Origin: an uncultured Gemmatimonadales bacterium
Lineage (GTDB): Bacteria > Gemmatimonadota > Gemmatimonadetes > Gemmatimonadales > GWC2-71-9
Assembly (NCBI GenBank): GCA_963828735.1
Contig: CAWHFW010000005.1
Coordinates: 1,280,001 to 1,344,000 of the forward strand
DNA: 64,000 nt
Direction: 5' to 3'
Shown piece after piece: positions 19,139-27,506 of this stretch. Below the pieces are notes generated by a model that saw only the letters and a list, made by a program, of their open reading frames with translations, did not search any database and was not told the DNA's origin. Both the position numbers and the translations under genes were made by a program. Every line of letters starts with the position of its first letter. The stretch's first letter is position 1.

Positions 19139-19162
19139 CCGAACCCACGCCATGACCGAACC
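19129..19162 (+). repeat. Exact 17-bp tandem duplication CACGCCATGACCGAACC x2 spanning the TrmB stop and cyclase start
   Basis: Copies at 19129-19145 and 19146-19162 read directly from the sequence. Confidence 0.95.
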
Positions 19163-20714
19163 GCTCGACGACGGCCTCATCGAGCTGCAGCGCGAGTACC
19201 TGTCGGAATTTCCCGAGCGGCTGGAGGAACTTCGGGCGGACATCTCCGCCTTCCGCGCCCTACGACCCGAGGCGGCCGCCGCGCTCAAGACCCGGTTTCA
19301 CCGCCTCGCAGCCTCGGGCGGCTCGCACGGGTTTCCCGAGATCAGCGTCGTGGCGCGCGAGATGGAACAGTGGATGGCCACCAAGCCCGCCCCGGGCGAG
19401 GCTCCCCGTCTCGATGCCGCCATCGATCGGCTCGCAGCGCTGTTCCGCCAGGCGCAGGCCGGGCTGGGCAACGCGCGCCGCGCGGCCGGCGCGCGGCCCC
19501 GAGCGATGGTCATCCTGCCGGCATCCGCGGAGGCCGATCGCCTGAGGGCCGCTCTCGAGGCCGAGGGGTACGATGTGCGGCTCGGCCATCGGCTGGAGGA
19601 TCCAGCGGAGACGCCGCTGGGCGAGCGGCCCGAGCTCCTGGTCATCGGCACGGCCGCCGGCGAGGGCGATCCATCCGCGATCGCATCCATGTGGACCGGC
19701 CGAGTGAATCGCCCGCGTGCCGTCGTGCTCATCGAGACGCTGCGCGCGGTGGATCGCCTGCGGGCGATCGCGTCGGGCGTCGACGCGGTCATCGCGGTCG
19801 AGCGCATGGTGGAGGATCTGCCGCGATACGCTCGGACGCTCGCCCAGGCCGGGGCGCCGCCATCCAGCGTACTGCTCGTGGAGCACGATGCCGAGCGGGC
19901 GGCGACCGTCGCGCGGAGCCTCGAGGAGGCGAACATCCGCGTCGTCCGCTGCGCGCTGGCGCAGGCAGTTCAGGAGCTGCTCGACCGCGAAGTGCCCGAC
20001 CTCATGCTGCTCGCCTCCCGCCTGCCCGACGGCGAAGGCACGACGGTCGCCCGCATCGTCCGTGAAGACCCCCGATTCCGGATGATGCCGATCGTCTTCA
20101 TCGGCCCCGACGAGGTGCCCGAGCGGATCGCCGCGCTTCAGTCGGGCGCCGACGACTATCTCGAGGTCCCGCCAGATCCCGAGCTGCTGCTCCGGACCGT
20201 GGTGGTGCGCGCCGAGCGGGGGCGCCGGCTCCGTGAACTCCTGCTCCGCGACCCGCTCACCGGCCTGCTCAACCAGGCCACGCTTCTGGCCGAGCTCGAG
20301 TACGCCGTGGACTACGGCCGCCGCCATGGCGGCCCGATCTCGCTTCTGGTATTCGACCTGGATCGGTTCCACGAGGTGAACGAGCGGTTCGGGCACCTGG
20401 TGGGCGATCAGGTGCTCCGCCACGTGGCCAACGTATTCCGCTCGAACGTGCGGGCGAGCGACCTGATCGGCCGGTTCGGCGGCGAAGAGTTCGCCATGGT
20501 TCTGCGCGGCGTGGGTGCCGAAGGCGCGGGCGTCGTAGCCGCCAAGCTCCGGCGCGTTCTCGGCGAGCAATCCGCCACCACGGCCGAGGGTCTCATCATT
20601 CCGCTGCACGTGAGCGTGGGCTGGGCCTGTTTCCCGGGTCACGGGACGAGCGCGGGGGAGATGGTGCACGCGGCCGTGCGGGCGATGCAGCGGGAGAAGG
20701 GGGAAAAGCAGTGA
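19152..20714 (+). CDS. Diguanylate cyclase, Hpt-REC-REC-GGDEF architecture
   Basis: Hpt FHRLAASGGSHGF; two receiver-like domains; DPLTGLLN, FDLDRFHEVNERFGHLVGD, RASD I-site, RFGGEEF. Confidence 0.9.
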   Translation: MTEPLDDGLIELQREYLSEFPERLEELRADISAFRALRPEAAAALKTRFHRLAASGGSHGFPEISVVAREMEQWMATKPAPGEAPRLDAAIDRLAALFRQAQAGLGNARRAAGARPRAMVILPASAEADRLRAALEAEGYDVRLGHRLEDPAETPLGERPELLVIGTAAGEGDPSAIASMWTGRVNRPRAVVLIETLRAVDRLRAIASGVDAVIAVERMVEDLPRYARTLAQAGAPPSSVLLVEHDAERAATVARSLEEANIRVVRCALAQAVQELLDREVPDLMLLASRLPDGEGTTVARIVREDPRFRMMPIVFIGPDEVPERIAALQSGADDYLEVPPDPELLLRTVVVRAERGRRLRELLLRDPLTGLLNQATLLAELEYAVDYGRRHGGPISLLVFDLDRFHEVNERFGHLVGDQVLRHVANVFRSNVRASDLIGRFGGEEFAMVLRGVGAEGAGVVAAKLRRVLGEQSATTAEGLIIPLHVSVGWACFPGHGTSAGEMVHAAVRAMQREKGEKQ

Positions 20715-20791
20715 GCGGTAAGCGGTAAGCGGGAACAGCACACCGGACTGATTAGGTGTGCTGTTTCCGCTCACCACTTGCCGCTCACTGC
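20708..20791. terminator. 37-bp imperfect inverted repeat (10-nt loop) between the convergent cyclase and lon genes, built partly from AGCGGTA/G heptamers
   Basis: Arms 20708-20744 and 20755-20791 are complementary with 2 G-U pairs and 2 mismatches. Confidence 0.75.
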
Positions 20792-20808
20792 CTACCGCTC
20801 ACCGCCGT

Positions 20809-23352
20809 CTAGTGCCTGAATCCCGTCGACAGCGGCATCACGTCCCGCGGATTCTTTTCGTCGCCAAACAGCAGGCGCCCCTCGCGGAACGTCGCCCCCC
20901 GGAGCGTAAGGGCGAGCACCTCGCCCAGCTCGGACACCAGGTGCACCTCGATCTTGTCGCGCACCTCCTGCGGCAGATCCTCGAGGTCCGGCTCGTTCTC
21001 CTTGGGGAGAATGATCCGGTTGATACCCGCCCGGACCGCACCCAGCACCTTCTCCTTCACACCGCCAATCGGCAGCACTCGGCCGCGTAGCGTGATCTCG
21101 CCGGTCATCGCGATATCGTGGCGCACCGCGCGCCCAGACAGCGTGCTCACGACGGACGAGGCCATCGTGACACCTGCCGACGGCCCGTCCTTCGGGATGG
21201 CGCCGGCCGGCACATGGATGTGGATGTCGCGGTCGAACATCTCGTCCTGGATCTGGAGCCCGGCCGCGTGCGAGCGCGCGTAGGTCCAGGCCGCGCGAGC
21301 CGACTCCTTCATGACGTCGCCCAGCTGGCCGGTGAGGACCAGCTCGCCCTTGCCGCGCATCGTGCTCGCCTCGACGAACATGATGTCGCCGCCGGTCGGG
21401 GTGTAGTACATCCCCGTGGCCACGCCGACCTCGTCGTGGCGCGCCGCCTTCTCCGGATGCACCTTGGGGCGGCCGAGCAGGTCGTCGACCATCTCCCTGT
21501 CCACCGTGATCGAGCCGTTCTCGCCCGAGGCGAACTTGCGCGCCACCTTGCGTGCCAGTCGGCCGATCTCCCGCTCGAGCTGACGCACGCCGGACTCACG
21601 GGTGTAGCTCGTGATCACCTCGGCCAATGCCTCGTCGGCGATGGTCAAGCGGTCCGGGCTCACGCCGTTCTCGGTGAACTGGCGCGGGATGAGGTACTTC
21701 CGGGCGATCTCCTGCTTCTCCCGCTCGGTGTAACCGGCGAAGTCCACCACTTCCATGCGGTCGAGCAGAGGCCCCGGGATGTTCTGGATGAAGTTCGCCG
21801 TCGCGATGAAGAGCACCTCGCTCAGGTCGAACGGCACGCCCAGGTAGTGGTCCACGAACGAGTCATTCTGGGCCGGGTCGAGCACCTCGAGCAGCGCGCT
21901 CGCCGGGTCGCCCTGGAACGAGACGCCCAGCTTGTCCACTTCGTCGAGCAGGAACACTGGGTTCTTGGTGCCCGCCTGCTTCATGCCCTGGACGATGCGG
22001 CCCGGCATGGCGCCGACGTACGTCCGCCGGTGGCCGCGGATGTCGGCCTCGTCACGTGCGCCGCCGAGGGAGATACGGACGTACTTCCGCCCCATGGCGC
22101 GGGCGATGCTCTTGGCCACGGACGTCTTGCCGACGCCCGGCGGCCCCACGAACAGCAGGATCGGGCCCCGCGCGCGGTCGTCGTCGTTGCCCTTCACGGC
22201 CGTGTTGGGCGCGGGCACCGTGGCGGTCGCCTGCGGCGTGTCGGTGGACTCGCCGTGCGCGACCTCCTCCGCCTTGCGCTCCGCCTTCTGGCTCGCCTCA
22301 GCCTCCTGCTCCGCCGCCTCCTGCTGCATGCGAAGCTGACGGACCGCCAGGAACTCCAGGACCCGGTCCTTCACGTCGCCGAGGGCGTAGTGGTCCTCGT
22401 CGAGGATCGTCTGCGCCTCGGGGAGCGACAGGTGCTCCTTGCTCCGCACGTTCCACGGCAGCTCGACGATGTTCTCCAGGAACGTCCGAATGACCTGGCT
22501 TTCCATCGACTCGCGGCCGATCCGCGTCAGCCGATTGAGCTCGCGGTCGACTTCCTTGCGCGCCTCGGGCGGGAGATCGAGCGCCTGGAGGTTCTCGCGA
22601 AGCTCCTGCAAGTCGTCCCGCTCGTCACCCTCGCCCAGCTCGCGCTGGATCGTCTTGAGCTGCTCCCGCAGGAACATCTCGCGCTGGCGCTCGCCCAGCT
22701 CCTCCTGGACCTGGGATTTGATGTCTTCCTGCGCGTCCAGCACGCCGATCTGACGCTGGACGTGCACCAGGACGCGACGGAGCCGCTCCTCGACGCTGAG
22801 CGTTTCGAGCAGCAGCTGGCGCTGGGCGGGCGTGATGTCGATGTACCCGGCGACCAGATCCGCGAAGCGGCCCGGCTCGTTCACGCCGGCGAGCACCTGC
22901 TGGACGACCTCGTCCGGCAGCCCGGATTTCTGGCCGAGCTCGGCCGCCCGCGTACGGGCCTCCCGGTGTAGCGCGACGAAGGCGGGATCCTCCGCGTTGA
23001 TCGGCAGCATCTCTTCGGCCTGGCGAACCACGGCCTGGAGGTAGCCTTCCCGCTCGGTATAGTGAATGGCGATGCCCCGCTGCTCGCCATGGAGCAGCAG
23101 CTGCATGCCCGAAAGCCCTCGCTGAAGCTGACCGATCTTGGCGATCGTGCCGATCGTGTACAGCACGTCGGGATTCACGCTCTCGACGTTCTGCCGCTGG
23201 GACACGGCGAACACCAGGCGCTCAGGGGTCGCGAGTGCCGCCTCGATGGCCCGAAGCGTCGCCGGTCGTCCGGCGCCGATGGGGGCCGTGACCCCGGGAA
23301 ACAGTACCACCTCACGCAGAGGCAGCACCGGCAAAGTCAATCGTTCGGCCAT
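20809..23352 (-). CDS. lon: ATP-dependent protease La (Lon)
   Basis: LPVLPLREVVLFPG N-domain, GPPGVGKT Walker A, LLDEVDK Walker B, PKDGPSAG catalytic Ser, GGVKEK Lys. Confidence 0.97.
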   Translation of the reverse strand: MAERLTLPVLPLREVVLFPGVTAPIGAGRPATLRAIEAALATPERLVFAVSQRQNVESVNPDVLYTIGTIAKIGQLQRGLSGMQLLLHGEQRGIAIHYTEREGYLQAVVRQAEEMLPINAEDPAFVALHREARTRAAELGQKSGLPDEVVQQVLAGVNEPGRFADLVAGYIDITPAQRQLLLETLSVEERLRRVLVHVQRQIGVLDAQEDIKSQVQEELGERQREMFLREQLKTIQRELGEGDERDDLQELRENLQALDLPPEARKEVDRELNRLTRIGRESMESQVIRTFLENIVELPWNVRSKEHLSLPEAQTILDEDHYALGDVKDRVLEFLAVRQLRMQQEAAEQEAEASQKAERKAEEVAHGESTDTPQATATVPAPNTAVKGNDDDRARGPILLFVGPPGVGKTSVAKSIARAMGRKYVRISLGGARDEADIRGHRRTYVGAMPGRIVQGMKQAGTKNPVFLLDEVDKLGVSFQGDPASALLEVLDPAQNDSFVDHYLGVPFDLSEVLFIATANFIQNIPGPLLDRMEVVDFAGYTEREKQEIARKYLIPRQFTENGVSPDRLTIADEALAEVITSYTRESGVRQLEREIGRLARKVARKFASGENGSITVDREMVDDLLGRPKVHPEKAARHDEVGVATGMYYTPTGGDIMFVEASTMRGKGELVLTGQLGDVMKESARAAWTYARSHAAGLQIQDEMFDRDIHIHVPAGAIPKDGPSAGVTMASSVVSTLSGRAVRHDIAMTGEITLRGRVLPIGGVKEKVLGAVRAGINRIILPKENEPDLEDLPQEVRDKIEVHLVSELGEVLALTLRGATFREGRLLFGDEKNPRDVMPLSTGFRH

Positions 23353-23425
23353 GTAGGAACTACTCCTTCCAAAGCCCGCTCTGTCGCGGGAAAAAGGCGA
23401 GACACCGCAAGATCGTGGGCACGGG

Positions 23426-23441
23426 TGCACCGAACGTGCCA
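23426..23441 (-). promoter_or_regulatory. Putative sigma-54 (-24/-12) promoter of lon
   Basis: Minus strand TGGCACGTTCGGTGCA versus consensus TGGCACG-N4-TTGCW, about 75 nt upstream of the lon ATG. Confidence 0.65.
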
Positions 23442-23805
23442 AGCCAGCCCCATGATCTCCCGCGTGCTAGCAAACAACTTACGGGCTCTGGAGGTTTCCG
23501 GGCGAGGGCCGGAGCGGCAGGAAAGGCGAGAGGTATTCGCCCGCTGCTGCCAATTTGACGGCAAATTCGCGGGGTGGTGAAGGCCGGCCTGCCGCGCGGT
23601 CAACGACCTGCCGAACCATGCGGCCCGAGGCGGTACTCAAGTCGTCCTCCCCGGTCCGTTGGGGCCCCACGGAGGAGCTACAGCAGGCGCCCCATTCAGT
23701 TGCCGCTGGCCGCGCGCGGGTACAGATTGGGTGCCATGTTCGGCGGTTCCACCACTTCGCGTAGTCTTCCCCTGCTCTCGCCGGCTTCCAGCGGCGATCT
23801 CGCCC

Positions 23806-25710
23806 ATGACCGACTCGGCCGATAAGCCGTTGGCGGCGCGTCTCGCCGACGCCTTGGGAGACGCGTACACGATCGAGGGAGAGGTCGGGCGCGGAGGTAT
23901 GGGGGTCGTCTATCGCGCTCGTGATGAGCGGCTCCAGCGCCGCGTCGCCATCAAGGTTCTGCCGCCCGAGCTGGCCTTTCAGAAGGACATTCGCGAGCGC
24001 TTCACCCGTGAGGCCCAGACGGCCGCCCGTCTGTCGCACCCGCATATCGTCCCGATTCACACGGTCGGCGAGGGTCAAGGACTGGTCTACTTCGTGATGG
24101 GCTACGTGGACGGCGAGTCGGTGGCGGGCCGCATTCGGCGGCGCGGCAGGCTCCCCGTAGAAGAGGCCCGGCGGATCATGATGGAGGCGGCCGATGCACT
24201 GAGCGCCGCCCACGCCCTTTCCATCATCCATCGCGACATCAAGCCCGACAACATCCTGCTCGAGGGCCCCCGGGGACGGGTGATGGTGACCGACTTCGGT
24301 ATTGCGAAGGCGCTCTCGTCCACCTCGGGCGCGACGCTCACCGGCGCCGGCGTCGCGATCGGGACGCCCGCGTTCATGAGCCCGGAGCAGGCCGCGGGCG
24401 AGCGAGACATCGACGGGCGCTCGGACGTCTACAGCCTCGGCGTCGTCAGCTACCAGATGTTGACCGGGGAGCTGCCGTTCAACGCGCCGACGGTCGCGGG
24501 CATCCTGATGAAGCAGATCACGGAGCCCGCGCCCGATCTCCGAAGCCGCCGCCCGGACGTGCCCGAGGACCTCGCACTCGCCGTCAGTCGCTGCCTGGAG
24601 AAGGACCCCGAGAACCGCTGGCCCAGTGCGGACGCGCTGCGTCGCTCGCTCGAGAGCCGGAGCGTGAGCGGGTATCGGCCTACCGGCACCTCCTTCAGGG
24701 GTCAGCGGCCGATCGCGCCCGCGTCACCGCGTCCTCTCACGGGGAGCACTGGCCGGCCGGACGCGCGTGCCCCGGCTCGACGGGAGCTGGGCGGCCGCCC
24801 GGGTCTCGCTCCGAGGCCGCTGCCAGGTGGGCGTGGCGATGCCGCGGCGCGCCGCCGCGATCAGCGCGACCGGAACGACAAGGACCTGGTGCCCGACACG
24901 GGGGAGCCCAGGATCGTGCAGAAGGTCCGCGGCCAATTCGCCAGCTGGGCGGCCGTATCGCTTGGATGCCTCGGGATCAACGTCGCGACGGGCATCACCG
25001 ATCCGTGGTTCCTCTTTCCCATGTTCGGAATGGGCATCGGCGTGTTTCGGAACTATGCACAGCTCTGGCAGGCCGGTTACAGCTGGCGTGACGTGTTGAC
25101 CCGGCCTCCCGCACCGGACGCGGTCGAGACGACGCTGATCAAGGGCACGCCACGCATGGCTCGGCAGCTACCGCCCCCGCGTCCCGAGGACTTCGGCGCG
25201 CACCTTGGTTCCATCCAGCAGGTGCAGGGGGACCGGCAGGCCATCCTCAAGCTGTTGGAGCGCCTTCCCGCCTCTGAGCGGAAGATGCTGCCCGAGGTCC
25301 AGCAGACCGTGAACGCGCTTTACGAGCGCGCCACCGACCTGGCCCGCACGCTGCACGCGCTCGACACCAGCATGAACGCGGAGGAATTGACCCAGATCGA
25401 CGAGCGACTCGCGTCCCTCGCCAAGGAGCCCGATGACCCCGAGCGCACGCGGCGGCTCTCGCTGCTGGAGCGCCAGCGTCAGGCCATCGTGGACATTCAG
25501 GGACGCCGGAGCCAAGTGGCGAGCCATCTCGAGTCCTGCGTCCTCGCGATGCAGAATGTCCGCTTCGACCTGCTCCGGCTCCGTTCCGCGGGAGTCGCCG
25601 CCGTGCTGGGCGATTTGACGCAGGCGACCCAGCAGGCCAAGGCGCTGTCCCGGGATGTCGACAACGCGATCGCGGCGGCAGGCGAGATCCGCGAGGCCAT
25701 GCGACCGTAG
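23806..25710 (+). CDS. Hanks-type Ser/Thr kinase with two TM helices and a C-terminal coiled coil
   Basis: GRGGMGVVY, VAIK, HRDIKPDN, DFG, GTPAFMSPEQ; hydrophobic hairpin around residues 380-420; helical C-terminus. Confidence 0.93.
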   Translation: MTDSADKPLAARLADALGDAYTIEGEVGRGGMGVVYRARDERLQRRVAIKVLPPELAFQKDIRERFTREAQTAARLSHPHIVPIHTVGEGQGLVYFVMGYVDGESVAGRIRRRGRLPVEEARRIMMEAADALSAAHALSIIHRDIKPDNILLEGPRGRVMVTDFGIAKALSSTSGATLTGAGVAIGTPAFMSPEQAAGERDIDGRSDVYSLGVVSYQMLTGELPFNAPTVAGILMKQITEPAPDLRSRRPDVPEDLALAVSRCLEKDPENRWPSADALRRSLESRSVSGYRPTGTSFRGQRPIAPASPRPLTGSTGRPDARAPARRELGGRPGLAPRPLPGGRGDAAARRRDQRDRNDKDLVPDTGEPRIVQKVRGQFASWAAVSLGCLGINVATGITDPWFLFPMFGMGIGVFRNYAQLWQAGYSWRDVLTRPPAPDAVETTLIKGTPRMARQLPPPRPEDFGAHLGSIQQVQGDRQAILKLLERLPASERKMLPEVQQTVNALYERATDLARTLHALDTSMNAEELTQIDERLASLAKEPDDPERTRRLSLLERQRQAIVDIQGRRSQVASHLESCVLAMQNVRFDLLRLRSAGVAAVLGDLTQATQQAKALSRDVDNAIAAAGEIREAMRP

Positions 25711-25761
25711 TCGCCTTCATCCGCACCGTCCCTTCCTCTCTCCACAATTCGGAGTCGCTCC

Positions 25762-26322
25762 ATGCCGGTCCTTTCGACGCGTTGCCGCGCCATCGTTCTG
25801 GCGCTTGTCCTCCCATTCCTGTTGGCCCCCGCCGCGGCCGCCCAAGGCCAGGCCGACAAGGATTTGAAGGCCATCAGCGCCTACACGTTCACGCTCCCCA
25901 AGTACAAGCAGCTCATGACGGCGATGCTGAACCTCGGGAACGCCGCGAAAGCCGACCCCAAGGTCGCGGGCGCGCTGGAGGGCTCCGGAAACCTGAGCCT
26001 CGACGAGATGACCATGCGCCTCCAGTCCCTGGCGCCCGCCCGGAAGGCCATCGTGGACGCCGGCCTCACGCCCCGCGAGTTCGCCGTGGCGCAGGGAGCC
26101 TGGTTGCAGTCGGGCATGTCCTACGGGCTGATGAAGCAGTACAACCTGACCGCGGATTCCGTATCCAAGGCCACCGGGGCGAGCAAGGCCAACCTCGAGT
26201 TCTTCCGCGCCAACGAGGCGGAGCTGCAACGCATCGGGAAGGCGATGGAAGCTCAGATGCCGAAGGACAAACCGACGGACGAGGCCGACGAGGCCAGCGA
26301 GCCGGCTGACAGCGCCGAGTAG
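25762..26322 (+). CDS. Hypothetical secreted alpha-helical protein
   Basis: GGAG RBS; signal peptide ending AAAAQG; acidic tail. Confidence 0.75.
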   Translation: MPVLSTRCRAIVLALVLPFLLAPAAAAQGQADKDLKAISAYTFTLPKYKQLMTAMLNLGNAAKADPKVAGALEGSGNLSLDEMTMRLQSLAPARKAIVDAGLTPREFAVAQGAWLQSGMSYGLMKQYNLTADSVSKATGASKANLEFFRANEAELQRIGKAMEAQMPKDKPTDEADEASEPADSAE

Positions 26323-26495
26323 GGGACCGCGCCTCCTTCCGGCGCGCCTCGCACTGGTGTATTGTATCGAGCGTTGTCGCGGCCTTGGACCGAGAATCCA
26401 GCAGGAGTGAACGCTTTGCGCCGGGCCCACCGTGCCTCCCCTTCGAGGGAGGCATCACTGTTGTGGGGCGATCATTTCTCCAGGGGAGGATGAGC

Positions 26496-27506
26496 ATGCG
26501 TGGTCACGGAAGGTTCCAGCTCCTGCCGGGCGTGACCCGGACCGGGTTGGCTGTCGGGGCGTTGCTGGCCGCGGCGGCCTGCGGCAGGGGGGCCGACGCC
26601 GGCAAGAGCGCGACCGCGGACACTGCCGCGGCAGGTGCCGCCGGCGCGGGAGCCATACCGGTGATTGCGATCATCCGGGCGGCGGACTGGATCGGGAGTG
26701 AATGGAGCGAGGATGCGCTGAAGGTCGGCCTGGAGGAGTCGGATCTGGAGCGGGGGCGTGACTACGAGTTCAAGATCTCGAGCGCCCAGGGCGACCTGGC
26801 GACGCTGCCCAGCCTGATCGACGCCGCGGTCGACGCCAAGGCCAAGGTGATCGTCACCCTCCAGGATGAGACGCTGCAGGCCGCCGTCCAGCGGGTGAAG
26901 ACGGTTCCGATCGTCTTCAACATCCTGTCGGACCCGTTCGCGGCCGGCGCCGGCACCAGCGACTCGAACCACCTCGCGAACATCACCGGGGTCTACTCCC
27001 CGGGCTTCGGCGATCCGGAGCAGGCCAAGCGGATCGAGCTGATCAAGCGCGTCGTCCCCAAGGTCAGGAAGGTCGGCATCCTCTTCAGCCCGGCAGAGCC
27101 GCTTTCCGTGAGCCTGAAGGACAAGATGGCCGCCACCGCGAAGAAGGCGGGGCTGAGCGTCGAGACGGTGCCCATCAACAGCGTCAGCGAGGGCACCGAG
27201 GCTGCCACCGCCCTCGTGGGCAAGAAGGTCGACGCCATCGAGATCTACGGCAACGCGGCGCACGGGGCGTTCGAGAGCATCATCCAGGTCGCCCGCGACA
27301 GCAAGGTGCCTGTCTTTTCCCCGTCGCCGTTCGAGATCCTCAAGGGCGCCACGGCCGCGTTCTACCCCGACTTCCAGCTCGGTGGCGTCGAAGCCGGCAA
27401 GATGATCGGCCGCATCCTCAAGGGCGAGAGCCCGGAGAAGATTCCGTTCTACCGCCTCGAGACCACCAAGGAGCAGGTCAGCAAGAGCGCCCCCACCGGC
27501 AAGTGA
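26496..27506 (+). CDS. ABC transporter substrate-binding lipoprotein (ABC_sub_bind, aromatic amino acid/TrpX-like)
   Basis: GGAGG RBS; lipobox-like LLAAAAC; SAQGD, VPIVF, DPFAAG, NITGV, KVGILF, RILKGESPEKIP. Confidence 0.85.
   Translation: MRGHGRFQLLPGVTRTGLAVGALLAAAACGRGADAGKSATADTAAAGAAGAGAIPVIAIIRAADWIGSEWSEDALKVGLEESDLERGRDYEFKISSAQGDLATLPSLIDAAVDAKAKVIVTLQDETLQAAVQRVKTVPIVFNILSDPFAAGAGTSDSNHLANITGVYSPGFGDPEQAKRIELIKRVVPKVRKVGILFSPAEPLSVSLKDKMAATAKKAGLSVETVPINSVSEGTEAATALVGKKVDAIEIYGNAAHGAFESIIQVARDSKVPVFSPSPFEILKGATAAFYPDFQLGGVEAGKMIGRILKGESPEKIPFYRLETTKEQVSKSAPTGK

Noticed and set aside
20708..20805. Heptamer repeats considered as a CRISPR array
   Set aside because: No 25-45-nt repeats with unique spacers and no cas genes in the window
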